64,000 bases of DNA from Octopus vulgaris (lineage: Eukaryota), in NCBI GenBank assembly GCA_951406725.2, contig OX597814.1:54870001-54934000 (forward strand). The letters are read 5' to 3'. This document shows, one piece after another, positions 18,047-31,844 of this stretch (position 1 is its first letter; each line of letters opens with the position of its first letter). The position numbers and the translations under genes were made by a program. The notes under the pieces were generated by a model. It was not told the DNA's origin, did no database searches, and saw nothing but the letters and a program-made list of their open reading frames with translations.

Positions 18047-18104
<58 letters not shown>

Positions 18105-18143
18105 AATAATAATGATGATAATAATAATAATAATAATAATAAT

Positions 18144-18723
18144 ACCAGATGCCCTGATGCAGTACCAATGCCCTGATGCAGTACCAGGCAGTGGCTCTCA
18201 TGGCTTCTGATCTTAACTGATTGGAAGTATTATCATGTACATTGTTTTGTCTTGGTATAAAAGATGGGCTACAGCAAATATTCTGCTCAATACCACAGAT
18301 TTGCTTGTCAGTTGTTTGACCTTAACCAGTTGAGCATGTCCCTTAGTGGCTGACAATACGTGCATCTCTGATCACGAGCAGAAGTAGTGGGGGAGCATCA
18401 TGGCCATGTGTTGAGAGGGATTCTTTGGAGTTTGAATGGTTCACCTCTGGAAACATAGGTGTTTCGTTCATCATCCTAAAGCAACCCTTATTCAGGGACC
18501 TTTTGAGCAGGATGGGCTACTCAACCTGAAGAAAATTCTAACTGGGCCCCACCTGCAAGGTCATGTGCTGTTTATCTTGATATGAGATCACCATGTCGCG
18601 CACATATGGTTGTGATGCATGTGCCTGGTGTACCTTTATCAGACAGGTAGTCATGATGGGTATATTGGGCTTCGTATATTTTACCCCAATGTCACTTTGA
18701 TGGCATGAACTGCTCTCTCACTC
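18144..18723 (+). mobile_element. Non-coding TAA-flanked interspersed element, copy 2
   Basis: Lies between (AAT)n tracts and ends ctctctcactc(AAT)n. 19-bp tandem duplication at its 5' end. Confidence 0.85.
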
Positions 18724-18787
<64 letters not shown>

Positions 18788-18813
18788 TAATGATAATAAT
18801 AATAATAATAATA

Positions 18814-18867
<54 letters not shown>

Positions 18868-20134
18868 TCGGATATGGATCAATTACAACGACGAATTGCA
18901 AGATAGTGGAGTGTCCTTTTTTTTTCTGTTTTTACATAAATTAGGTAAAAAGCATAAATAAAATTAAATCTAAAAATAAAAAAGAAAGAATGAATGATTT
19001 GTTGGAGAAATTACGCAAAGGTCAAAAGAATTCTGACTTGATAATAAATAGTTGTTCAGATGTTGATTCATTGTGCTTCGGCTAATATCAATCTGAATAT
19101 GTCGCTAACATCAAAGACTTTATATCTGAAATCAATATACAGCGATTCTCCGATAAGATATAACACAAACGAATTATTCCGTAAAGATTTAACAATAATA
19201 TGAAGGCTGTGCATGTGTGCACATGTATTTGTATTTGTGTTAGTGTGTATGAGTGAGCATGTGTATTGGCGAGGAAGTAAGATAATAATCAAATTTTGAA
19301 AATGGTACAATACAAACATATCTATGTGGAATATCTACGATAACTTTTTATTGGATAATAGTCAATCTCAAATCTTTTCCAATGTTTGTATGAAATATTT
19401 TCTTAGTAGTTTGGTACATTTCATTAATTATGATACCACCAAATTCATTTTGTGCATATTCATCTCGGCACTTGAATAGCCAAAACTACAGGAACTCTCA
19501 GAAGACGTTACTAATGTCTAAAACGGTAATAATTTCACACCAAAACGATATGCTTTTCATACGTTGAAAAATTATGTTTGATATACTTGATTAACTCATC
19601 ATACATACATACTTAAAAATATGCATAATACACACACACACGCACGCACATAAATATACATGGATAGATACATAAAGTGAGAGATGTTATCAGTTGTTCA
19701 TAAATCAGAAAAAAATCACTCTCTTTACCACTTTAGTGGTCATTCCTCTTATTAATTGTAATATAATTTTTAAAGTCTTCGGATTTTTTGAATATGCTAG
19801 ACCACTGGTTTAAATTGATGTTAATTGATTGATATCAATTTCTACCCTCAGTATTTTAATTTTGATATATATATATATATTGTAAATTGGACATGGGCGA
19901 TCGTTGTATTCTTTCTTGTCTTGAGGTTCACAGCCAAACGGCTGGCTGGATTCCCGTGAAAAATGGCACATATGTGGAGACGGGTGCATAGATTGGAATG
20001 CACTTTATATTATTTTCCTAGCCACCATACTTACAGAGAACAGCGATTAAAGCTTTTTCTAATGGAATTCCTCTGTTTGTTCTGTCATTAAAACAACCAG
20101 TTGCTCACACAGCCGGCATATACCATTTCGCTAG

Positions 20135-20225
<91 letters not shown>

Positions 20226-20249
20226 CTGTGTCTGTGTCTGTGTGTCTGT

Positions 20250-20447
20250 GTTTGTCCCCCAGCATCGCTTGACAACAAATGCTGGTGTGTTTACTTCCCC
20301 GTAAGTTAGCGGTTCGGCAAAAAAGACCGATAGAATAAGTAACAGGCTTACAAATAATACGTCCTGGGGTCGATTTGTTCGACTAAAGGCGGTGTCCCAG
20401 CATGGCCACTGTCAAATAACTGAAACAAATAATAGAATAAAAGAATA
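20250..20447 (+). mobile_element. SINE family 1, 3' half
   Basis: catcgcttgacaac...ggttcggcaaaa...ggggtcgatttgttcgactaaaggcggtg...tgaaacaa, with an A-rich tail. Confidence 0.85.
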
Positions 20448-20454
20448 TATACTT

Positions 20455-20862
20455 TTTTAGTAAAGTTGCAAAAACTTCACAAAAACTATTACTCAGAGTT
20501 TCACATTCCCGCTCGACATATAGTTGTGATCAAGACTTGAATAAAATTATGATGGTACATGTAATATATGTTTTGAAATAATTCAATGTGACGAAACCGT
20601 TAGCAAATACAAAACCATTTATATATTGAAAATAAGTTAACCAATCTAATTCAAATGCTTATTTGTCAAATTGAAGCATATCAACTCATATATTACATTT
20701 ACCATCATAATTTCACTCGAGTCTTGATCACAACTATCCGACGAACTGGAACGTGGAAAACTCTGAGTAACAGTGTTTGAGATGTGTTTGCAGCTTTAAT
20801 AAAAAAAAGCATATTATTAGAGTACTATTTTTTCCACCTTGTTTTGCATTATGTGCTTACTT
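20455..20862. mobile_element. Fold-back repeat with two oppositely oriented hammerhead-like motifs
   Basis: Inverted arms ~20461-20560 and ~20698-20805. Motifs at 20485-20525 (-) and 20733-20775 (+). Same family as 3830-3985. Confidence 0.7.
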
Positions 20863-21070
20863 GTGTGTGTGTGTGTGTGTATGTCTACATAAGCATATGA
20901 ATCTTAGATGTTTGGTTGTGTGGCATTCAGAGCCTGGTGTCTTCGGTTAGAAGAATACAAATCACAATAAACAAGCCATAAAATAAGGGACAGAGAGAGA
21001 TAGACAGACAGAGACAGAGAAACAGACAGACAGACGGACAGAGACGGAGAGAGAGACTGATAGACAGATA

Positions 21071-21110
<40 letters not shown>

Positions 21111-21857
21111 TCTCTAGAAAAAGAGAATTCTCTCAACCCCCACAAAATGTATGGATATCCACTCAAAAACACAAGCATAAAAAAGCAAAACAAAAAGACA
21201 CAACTAAAGATCATGTGGCTTTACTAGTTCTAAAAATATATTTTGATACGACGAAGCGTCAGGGTAAAAATCTCATTATGTCAGTGAATAGTCATTCTCT
21301 TAGCTGTGTTTCAAATACTGAGACAAAAATGAATAAATAAAATGAAAACTAAAACTAAACAATATATGCATAAAAATAAGTTCTTAAATAAAAATTTTAA
21401 AATGAATAAGCATCAACAGTTTCATTATACCATTCGACATAGGCGGTTGTGTTTATTGGAGCTAAGGGAGTTACTTGTAGTCACAAGTCTAGAAGAGTCA
21501 ACGCAGTATTTCGTTTTACATCCAATCAACATAGTACCAGTAATCTATGGCAGTGAGAAATTTGTTTCTACGCCTACGCGTTATAAATATTTACAGTTGT
21601 GTGTTTAAAATGCTTCAATTTGTTTCTGTTTGTAAGCCTTTCCTTACTAGAAGTGAAAACTATACTTGAATCTGAAGACCCGATGCAGACATCGTATATA
21701 TATATATATACGTGTGTGTGTGGGGGGGCAGGTAGGTGTGTGTGCATGTGTATTTATGTTTGTATGTATATGTGTATATGTGTATGTGCATGCGTGTATG
21801 TTTATATGACAATATATTTCCCACGTTCTTATTTTGTTACTTATGTCTGTTTCACGC

Positions 21858-21889
<32 letters not shown>

Positions 21890-24800
21890 ATGTATGTATC
21901 TCTCTAATTCTACCTTCCTGAATGCCTATTCTTATGTTATCCTTTTAAACATGCAATCAAATACCAAGGACCCAACGGATGAAAATGTAGCTTCTGCAGC
22001 CGTCGAAAGGGCATCGTGTCTAGAAAATCCTATCACTCTAAATTGCAAATAACCAGAAAAGGCAAAGTGGAGACCTAATCTTCCTGGCCAACATTTCGTG
22101 ACTTAATGCTATGATAAACTCCACAGTCTTTAACATATCGATCAGTTTAAAACCATCACTTGAGCTCGAGAGTCCTAACTAAATATTTAGGTAGGTGCTA
22201 ATGTGCTTTATATTAAAATTCCACCCGAGCTTAGAAGAAATAAACAATAGCTGAAATATCAGTTCTGATCCAAAAGGTAGGGGAGATAACACCAAAATTT
22301 CAATGATTGAAAATAAATTAGGAATGTCTCTTAAAATCCTAATAGTTCTCATTGGGTCATAAATAAGGTTCCTGCTTCTATTTGATTATAGAAATTCACT
22401 AAACGGTTGTCTCCCTCAAAGAATGTGTGTAGGTGATTTGATCAAATAATAGTTCATTGAGAGATTAATCTTCCTCGGACGATAAATACAAAAAATATAA
22501 TTGACGTTAAAGACAATAATGATAATATCGATGAAAGTATGTTTCACCAGATCCTAGAAATAAAGTAACAACAAATGGGTATATTTCAGTTTTATTAAAT
22601 CACCTCAGCGAAGTATAGTCAATAGCGGTGCTGCCAAACAAGGGTTCAGAGATATATAGGTTTTGTGAAAAACCGCTGATAACTTTAAAATAAGTAATAA
22701 GGATATTTCATCAACTTTTAGTAAAGTTGGCATCGTTGAAAACATTCGGAACTGAGCCCATTTTGAAAACAACGCAATTCGCTTCATTGTGTAGTGGAAC
22801 GTATTTGTTTTACTGCTGTGTCGACACTAAAAATACTTTATATCTATTTCCTTCTCATTTTTTGCCTAGCCACAACCGTCTCTGTTACCCACTGGTATGT
22901 TCGAGTAACATACCTTACAATACACCCGACTGATTAAATCACCATGTACTTAAAGAAAGCTAACTGGTCAGAGCTTCCCCATTCTCTGCTGATGTACGCT
23001 TAGCCTTCGACTTACCTGAAACATCTAAGCAGGTGACCGAAAAGATCCTCATAGATATGTATTTCCAAATACCTAGCTCGGCCAAATCCGGTAACCAAAA
23101 TACCCATATGCTTCTTTCGCAGTTACGGTATAACAATACAGGTGAAAGATACTGCCTATCACGTTCACAGAGTAACCAAGTTCGAAGTTTTCCATTCGCT
23201 TCAATCCAACATTAAAGAAGAAACGCTACTGTTTCTCTCATTCCCATCAAGGTCAACTGTCACTCCTAATTATCAACTTCATTTCTAGCATCTCAAAAAT
23301 GAAAGGGAAGATTACAAGTAACCATTTCCTCTAAAGAAATATACTTCATTCCTAAAAAAGATCATATCAGTGAAGAAAAGAATGAAAATACTGAATGTGT
23401 CGAGAAACTGTCGAGGTCTGACTGAGTCTATTTCCCTCTCGTCCACTGCAGTTACCGCCAGAACTACAAGAATATTGGGGAGAAGAAAGAGTAAAACATA
23501 TCCATGCTGTTACACTGCAGTCCATACGATTCAGTGCATGTCAGAGTGTACAGAAATATTCCAGCCCGGCGGTAGCATGGAATATGTGGAGGAACACATC
23601 TGTATGTTTGTTTAGTCGATTGGCTGACTATTTACCGTAAGTATACTACATATAAAAATATGTTGGTGAAGTTGGGATAAAAATCAACAGCAATAACAAC
23701 AAATTTCATCCTGATCACTTGCTGAACGCTTATAAAGCTTTACATCTATAGTCAAGCATAACAGCTCACATATTTGATATAATACATGATATGATAGTTG
23801 TTTTGAACATATGTCACAGACCATTTCGGTAGCGGGGAAAGGCAAAGTTAACACCAGTGATATATATGGAAGTCAGTAAGAATGGTGTGTGAGACATCAA
23901 GACGATGCTAAAAGAAAAAAAAAACCCGGAATACCATGCAATTATTTCTACGCCATAACCAATAAACAGAAGAGAGTTAAAATGTGAGGAATAGGGATAC
24001 CTACGTTTCTCACTCACAATACGAAATTAATTACATTCTATCCTTGTTTGTTTATTTTTGATTGATTTGTTTGTTTTTACCCTTGTCATCTCTATGGGAG
24101 GGTGTTGCTTCAAGATACAAACATTACGAGTGGGTGCTGGAACCTTTCAGTACCCCCCTCGTATAGAACACATTCTTGGTCATATTCGGATAACTCGAAA
24201 GATTCACTCCGCGGTACGCTGCAACCCCTTGCACCCAGAGGCACTTCCCATTGTGTTATCTACCTCTAGTGGAACTAGCTTTTCACTTACACTGTCTTAC
24301 TCAATCCTTTATTCCTGAAATTATTCTGGAATTCTTTCCTATCACACGTTTTCCCTGCAGAGATCATTCTAAAGATGTTCAAACTGCATAATAATCATAT
24401 TAATTTCTCCAGCATAGAAAAAATTAACTAACTTATAAAACAGCTCTTGCTTCCAACTCTATAATAGCTCTACGTGAAACCCTTAAAAATTAAAGTAACC
24501 GGTTCACCTATTGTAAAGATGCGACATTGCTTACATGATAAAAGGAAAATTTAGTCATAATAACAATATCCATGTATGTTTCAAGACAACGCATTTTGTG
24601 GAAATATTTAGTCGAGTAAATTAACCAGGAGTATATCATTGATACTTCTTTCATCGACCGTTGGGGATGAAATACAATGTTGACACTAACTGGTTTCGAA
24701 CTTAGATCGTAAAGTAACATAGCTAAATACCTCAAATACGTTTTACTGATGCTCTAAATGTTATGCCAATCACACTCCTTGTGATTACAAGAATCCTGGA

Positions 24801-25019
24801 GCCAGGATCGTTATTTTCTTAACGGAAATAAACAGCAAATTAAATTGACTCAAGTGCTTGGCTGCTACTTATTTTATGAAACCCCGAAGAACGAAAGGCA
24901 AAGTTTGTCCCCAACGGAAAAATTTAAACATTGAAAGCAATAAATTCTAACACCAGCAATACATTTTGTCAGATGCCCTAATATTTCTCTTGCCCACCAC
25001 ATATTCAAATTTAATAATA

Positions 25020-25216
25020 ATTTCTTATATTTATTTATTTATTGTGCACAGGGAGCTAAACATAGAGGGGACAAACAAGGGCAGACAAAGGGTTTCAATC
25101 GATTACATCGACCCCAATACGTAACTGGTACTTATTTAATCGACCCCGAAAGGATGAAAAGAAAAGTCGACCTCGGCGGTGTTTAAACTCAGAACGTAAC
25201 GGCAGACGAAATACCA
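25020..25216 (-). mobile_element. tRNA-derived SINE family 2 (Nin/MESC-like central domain), head truncated
   Basis: atcgattacatcgacccc...actggtacttatttaatcgaccccgaaaggatgaaa...gtcgacctcggcgg...aactcagaacgtaa, homologous to 31520-31625. An older copy lies at ~24835-24995. Confidence 0.8.
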
Positions 25217-25217
25217 A

Positions 25218-28200
25218 TTTCTTTATTGCCCACAAGGGGCCAAACACAGAAATGGACAAAACAACTGATTGGGATCAGTAATACGTTATGATTTTACATA
25301 AAATATGAATATAAAAATTATATAAAACAAAAAAACAATCGAATGAAATTAACCATGTAGAGACAACACAAATGTAGCGATGATCAGGCCACGCTTCGAC
25401 CCCACAAGTCCCGATCTATCGCTGGTACCTTTTTTGTTGTTCTTTTATAGCCTATTCACACGGTTCCTTGCACGCACAACACTCATACAACATGCTTCCA
25501 TCTCTTTATGAACATACTCTCCGACATCACCTCTTCTCCAGGCACACCTTCCTTTTCAAATGAAAAGTAAAAAATGATCGTAAATCGTGGCCGGAGATAA
25601 AGTTGCCTGTTTTAATCCCTTTTATCATAGTCTTCCATACTGCCTCTTTCACTATTGCTACAACCGTGAGAAAACAATTCTCACCTTGGTTTGTTAAAAC
25701 TTCCTGTGGGTCAATTTTTATAATTGACTCAGTTGACAGCCGTACTCTTCCTTCGCCGGACAAAAGGTGTTCAGCATAAATCCACATTTCAGATATCTCT
25801 GGACACTGGAAAATAGTGTGAGAGACGGTTTCCCTGCCTGTCTCCCCCGCATCTTAGACAGGTCGGAGATTGACGCTTACCATGTCTTGCACTCTTATCC
25901 CAAACGGGCAAGGCACCTGTGTAACATTATCAAGTCAAGGTCTTTTGGAAGTTGTCCAACGTTCTCAACCCGAATGTACGATGGAACAGGCTGTCCAGCT
26001 GAATATACCCTAGACCTAGAGTCGCCCTCAGGCCATCGTCACATTCAGACTCTACCAACCCACTATATAAAATTCATGTGGCGCCCCCACCGCTGGCGTT
26101 GCCCGAGCGCCGGATTAGCTGGAGGGCCTCACGGCACTCTTTATGCCATTCACTCGATCTCGGTCTACGAGAACACTAGGCATCCTGTTCGCAAAAACTT
26201 TTGAACTCGGGGAATATTTGTCTGGCCAGCGGAGACCATAACCGTTCACCATCCAGGAGAATCCAGAGATGCCTCAACCTCAACGCATGCCTGCGCATCA
26301 TTAACCAAGGCATCTCTAAACCTCCCTTTAACGGCTTTTGACAACAGACAGAGCATTTCACAAATGGTGACCTGCCCTTCCACAAAAAGCGAAAGCGCTG
26401 TCTCTCCAACCTGATCAACCACGAATCTGGACAGGGCACGACGGTCAGTAATGACAGATGCGATAAACACATTGGCCACCTCCGCCTTCCCTTTCAGGGA
26501 TAGCCACCACCAAGACCAGGTCTTGACTACTGTAGCCACCCTACTCGAAACCTCCGTCCAGTTCTTCTCTATCTGGAGGCCTGGTCCAAATCAGACTTAC
26601 AGCAAGTTAACCAGTCCCTCTCTCCAGCGCCCAACAACGCTGTCTAAAAGCATCAACTGACCAACCCAGGTGCCGAGCTGCAAGCCGACCGACTTTTTCA
26701 GGTTAATCTTTGCTCCTGTCACCGTCTCGTAAACCTCAATAGCCTTACCCACTTCACGCAGGCGTGCTATTGTGGTTACGCTGATAGTGATATCGTCCGC
26801 GTAAGCTATAACAAACTTCTCTAAACCTGGTTCTCTCGGGATGCCACTCAACCTTCGCAGTAGCGGCTCAAGAGCTACCACATACAAAAGTGGTGAGAGC
26901 GGACATCCTTGACGAACCGAGTGCCTGATGCAGAACGGCTTCGAAAGGAAACCGTTCACCCGAACTATCGAGTCAATGTTGTAACACAAAGCGATAAACC
27001 ACCTGAGGAAGTCACGGCCCAGGCCGAACTGCGTGAGCTCAGTCGCCAGGTATCGATGGTCAACCTTATCAAAAGCTTTAGACTAATCCAAGTGTACTAA
27101 TGCCCCACCTTTGTCAGTTTTATCACCAACCCTCTCTATGGTATAGCGAATAAGGTAGAGATTATTTTGAATAGTTCTGCCTCGGATGGCATATGTGTGT
27201 GCCTCCCCTACTATACCATTCTCTACACGCGCCAACCTTTTTGCTAAGACCTTGGCGAAAATCTTCACTTCTTCGTTTAACAGTGTGATGGGCCTGAAGT
27301 TATCTAAAACGTCACCCTTGTCCGGGTCCTTTCTGACCAACGTTACTACTCCCCGACGCACAGATCTGGAGATAAATCCATTCTGTTGCCAGTTTGCATA
27401 CATGTCAGCTAGTAAGTACCCGAACAATCTGGTATACATTTATACAGCTCGTACAGAAGACCATTAAGTCCCGGCGACTTACCCGCTTTACAGTCGGCCA
27501 TAGCCTCCATCACCTCCATAGGCGTGATCGGCTCTTCGCAAGACTCCGCATCCGACCCCGAGAGGCACGGCAGCTCGACAAGAAAGTCCTCGAGGACTTC
27601 CCCACCATCAGGACCGCCAACACCCCCAAACAGCTGCGCGAATTACTCTTGAAAGGCCTCACACATTTCCTTGGGTTCATCATCGTAACCGACTTTCTAT
27701 ACGTGTTAAGTAATACATTATGAGTCTTTTTATCCATTTCGTAGAACTCGTAGTTCTTATATTTATCTGAAAGTTCTGCAATCCTAATGGCTGATTTTTT
27801 TTCGCTTTTATTTCTCTCATTAAATCTTCATTTTTTGCTGTATAACGCGTCTATCCCTCTGTCTTCTGCTTCCTTCCTTACTATTTTTGGTTTGTCTCTT
27901 TTCACAGTTTTTTTTTTGGTCTTAGTTCGACCTGTTTTGGTTGATTTGAGCTTTCCATTTTTTTCTTGTTGTTAGTTGCTTTCTTTTTTCTGTTTCTCTC
28001 TCTCTTCTCACCATCGGATTCTTCCTCGCCGTCTCTACAGTGTTTTTTATATGGCCCAGCTGGCCACACTGGTAACATCGGGGCTTACGCCCCTCGACGA
28101 ATACGTTAAGGAATTCCCTCCTAATTTCTATTTTCTCTGGTAACTGTTCTAAAATTGACTGTTCTGCTTGTATTAGGAGGTGAACCGTTTGACTGGTCCA

Positions 28201-28870
28201 TTAAGCCTTTTCTGTGACGGTAGCCTTAAGGAGTGTTATATTATCTTCCTTTTTTGCCAGGACTGCCGCCATCAACCATAAAGGGTCGACTTGAGGTGGG
28301 ACCTTTGGTATACGCATCTTTGACGTCCTCATTACCAAATATATTGGAATTAAATAACGTCCTCCGTTTCTAAAGATTTAACTGAGTGCATTTGTGCAGT
28401 TTCTATATCTTTTAGTCGTACTTCGATAGTACCAAACTTCTTCCGATGGGTTTCAAGCACTTCTCAACTTTCTCTTCTCTTACTCGATCAATTTTTTCCT
28501 TTTAGACAGTAAGATTTGAAAATAATTGATTTTCTTTTTTCTAACATTAATAGTTCTTCCGGAGGTTGAACTTTCACAACACTGTCTTCAATTGTTATCA
28601 TATCTTTGTACTTTATCAGGTCATTTTTGTTTGTCGACAGCTGGCGGGTTCCACCTCCAACCGCCGACGCAAAACTTTTTTGTTTATTTTCTTCTGTTTG
28701 AAGGCTTTTCACGTCAATATCCCTCTTTGCAACAGTACACATTGATGGTTGGGGAAATTCACTTTCAGAAACATCCGAAATATCACCAAATATTAAACTT
28801 TCAATATATTTTGCCTTCCTTTCAGTTGAAATACATTTGTGGTTGCGTACAGTCAATTAATTCGAGGGTA
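25218..28870 (-). mobile_element. Decayed L1/Tx1-clade LINE
   Basis: RT pieces NFRPITLLN...KIFAKVLAKRL, GRTIQNN, GVRQG-like SVRQGCPLSPLLYVVALEPLL, AYADDIT, GAKINLKKS, FRFLWKG...KGGL. Putative ORF1 remnant 28488-28856. The endonuclease region appears to be missing and the 5' boundary is uncertain. Confidence 0.85.
26176..27510 (-). pseudogene. Tx1-like reverse transcriptase, fragmented
   Basis: Track ORFs 27083..27439, 26597..26989 and 26176..26472 carry consecutive RT and thumb motifs, separated by stops and frameshifts. Confidence 0.9.
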
Positions 28871-29370
28871 GCATTTAGCAAATATTTATTTTATCGAGTA
28901 CGGAAAGTTACGAGGCAATATCAACCATGTGAGATTTGAACTCGGAACATAACTAAAAGATATATAATCCAACGCTTCACTTCTACTACTATCTTCCACT
29001 GTGATGAACAGGTAAAAAATGGTGAAAAAAATAATAAGAGGTAAAAGAATATCTCGCAGAGCATGATGATGAAACGCAGTGTTGCTATCTCATTATATAA
29101 TCTAGAACAAACATTAGGGTTCTTCTTATTTCAGGAATTCCATGAATATTAAGTAAATATGAAGCAAAAATGGATTAGCAAAGCTTGCATATATTTTCAC
29201 AACCTACTAAAACCACAATCACAATGCTGACACTCACACACACATACGCGTATATATTTGTATGATTCGTATGTATGTATGTATGTATGTATGTATGTAT
29301 GTATGTATGTATGTATGTATGTATGTATGTGTGTGTGTGTATGTATGTATATGCAGAGAGTAAAAGTGAA

Positions 29371-29401
<31 letters not shown>

Positions 29402-29419
29402 AAGAAAGAAAGAAAGAAA

Positions 29420-29452
<33 letters not shown>

Positions 29453-29712
29453 GACCCACCTCGATTCATGTTACGAACTAATTACAGTATTAAATGTGCT
29501 TGGAAATAAGGAAGCACTACAGAATTGAACATAATCATTGTTTACGAATGTTTAGGAGACAAACCATAACAGTGAAGGTGTTTAGTTTTGGCAAATTGGT
29601 TGTGTGTAAAGAGATGGATGTTAATGTCTTTGTTAGTGTGTCCGCATGTTTTCTCTCTCTCTCACTCTCTCTTCATCTCTCTCATATATGTATTCGTGTG
29701 TGTGTATATATG

Positions 29713-29763
<51 letters not shown>

Positions 29764-30227
29764 CTAGACTACCTGTGACTCAACGGGTCACTGACAGTTG
29801 TGGTTATAAAACATTGAAGCAGATTTCAACATTGCATTGAAATGAAAATTAATTTAATGATGATTTAGTTAAATGTTTAAATATTTCAATTCGTTCGTGT
29901 CAACATAGTTTACAAGTTCATGTTTAAGGTTTTATTGATTATTTACAGCATCTAATAGAAATTGAATTTGAACTCCAGTAACAGCATTTATTTATGGCTT
30001 ATGTGCAAACTTCTCCAAAAATGCAAAGGGGAAAAAATTGAAGGAAACACCTTTCACGGTATTATATATTCCCATTTCAGGGTTATGTTACTTTCGGAGT
30101 ATTTTCCTATTATACGCTGTTCTGGCTATTTATGAAGGTCCCTATTTAACCTTAAAATACGTCGTACATATTCAAAGAACCTTCTTGGTTTAGTGGTACG
30201 GAAAGTTTTTCTGGTATTTTTAAAATT

Positions 30228-30430
30228 CTTTTTCTTGTTTCAGTCATTTAATGGTGGCCATGCTGGATCACCACTCTTTAGTCGAAGAAATTGTCCCCTG
30301 GACATATTCCCTGTAAGCTTAGTGCTTGTTCTATTAGTCTCTTCTGTTGAACAGCTAAATTATAGGGATGCAACCGCCCCAACATCAGTTGTCAAGCAAT
30401 GGTGGTGGTGGGACAAACACAGACACAAAA
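30228..30430 (-). mobile_element. SINE family 1, degenerate 3' half
   Basis: cttgtttcagtcattt...ggccatgctgga...tagtcgaa...gttgtcaagcaatggtgg. Confidence 0.7.
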
Positions 30431-31479
30431 ACGAGTAATACTTTTATTCAGTTGTGAGGGCGATTTATCGGTTGAGTTGTTAAAGCAATATCTTAGATTG
30501 GGTCCTTTAAGCATTCATCTTGTTCTTATGTAATGAATCAGTTTCTATTTGTGTTTTTATACCTTTTGATAAGCCACACCTCTTCTTTTCTTCTATCTTT
30601 GAGGCATTCTATTAAACAATTTATGGGATTGAAGATATTTTATTATATTTTCACATTATTTAAAATAACTGTTTATAACATTGTCATGAATATTTTCTTC
30701 CGTTAAAATCATATCGTTAAAATACATTCATTTCATTCAGATACTTATACTACTTTTAGTTTTCGCAGCTCTCCTGCTTGCATAGTTTGGAGAATTTTGT
30801 CTTTCTTTTTTCAATTTAACATGAAAAGGCTGCTGATATATGCCACGAAACTAACACATCTTTGGATTTTTGACTCAAATATATATTTTCTTATTTGTCA
30901 ATTAAAAGTTAAAAGAGAAACTTCCAGTTAATTTATCTAATATGATGCTTTTGAAGTACTCCAGATTTTGTTCACGAGAGAATCTAGAAAACAAGCTGAA
31001 GGTACAACTTCAAATATTGTTGGCAACATCACAGTGTCAACTTACAAAAACTAATGTAGGGTTTTAAAATCACGGACCCTTTTTTATATCTGTTTATTTT
31101 ATCCCTATTATGATAATTACTGCAGAAAAAGCTAAAGCCCAACCACCGTCAAACCAGCTGTCCATCTTATATAAACAATGACGATCACATCAATGATGTA
31201 CTCGATTACCGCCCTTTCTTTTGAGACGCCTCGTCTATTTTCCTTTACAGCTGTCATGCGGAAATAAACTACCCATATGTGTTTACCCTATCTCTCCTAG
31301 AGTAACGTGACTTACATGTCTTTCACTTAACTATTCCTGATCTCGGAGGATTCAGTTCTGTCGTTATCTATCCTTTGTTCAAAAGCAAATTTTGAGAAAA
31401 ACAAAATCAGGAAGTCATTTATAGTAGTTACGTTTGAACCTGCGTTTCTTATAAACTATTTTTATCACATGGAAATATT

Positions 31480-31690
31480 AATTTCAAATTTTGGTACAAG
31501 GTCAGCAATTTCGGAAGTAGGTGTATGTTGATTACAGTTGACCCCAGTGCTCAACTGATACTTATTTTATCGACCCCGAAAGGATCTAAAGATGACCTCG
31601 GCGGAATTTGAACTCAAACATAAAGGTGGATGAAATGCCGCTAAACATTTTGCCCGATGTGCTAACGATTCTGCCAGTTCGCCGCCTTAT
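31480..31690 (-). mobile_element. SINE family 2, near full-length
   Basis: Minus-strand head ggcggcgaactggcagaatcgttagca (A box-like) and gagttcaaattcc (B box), central gtcgataaaataagtatcag. Its tail differs from the 25 kb copy. Confidence 0.85.
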
Positions 31691-31844
31691 TACATGAAAA
31701 TATTTCTAACATACATTTTTAATACAGTAATTTAATATATATAGAGAAACAGTTCCCTTTCGTATCCTGGTTTCGGCTTCAAGCCAACTTGGAAAGTATC
31801 TTTAACTGTTGCCTTGCGTCCATCAATTGTGAATGAAACGTATC

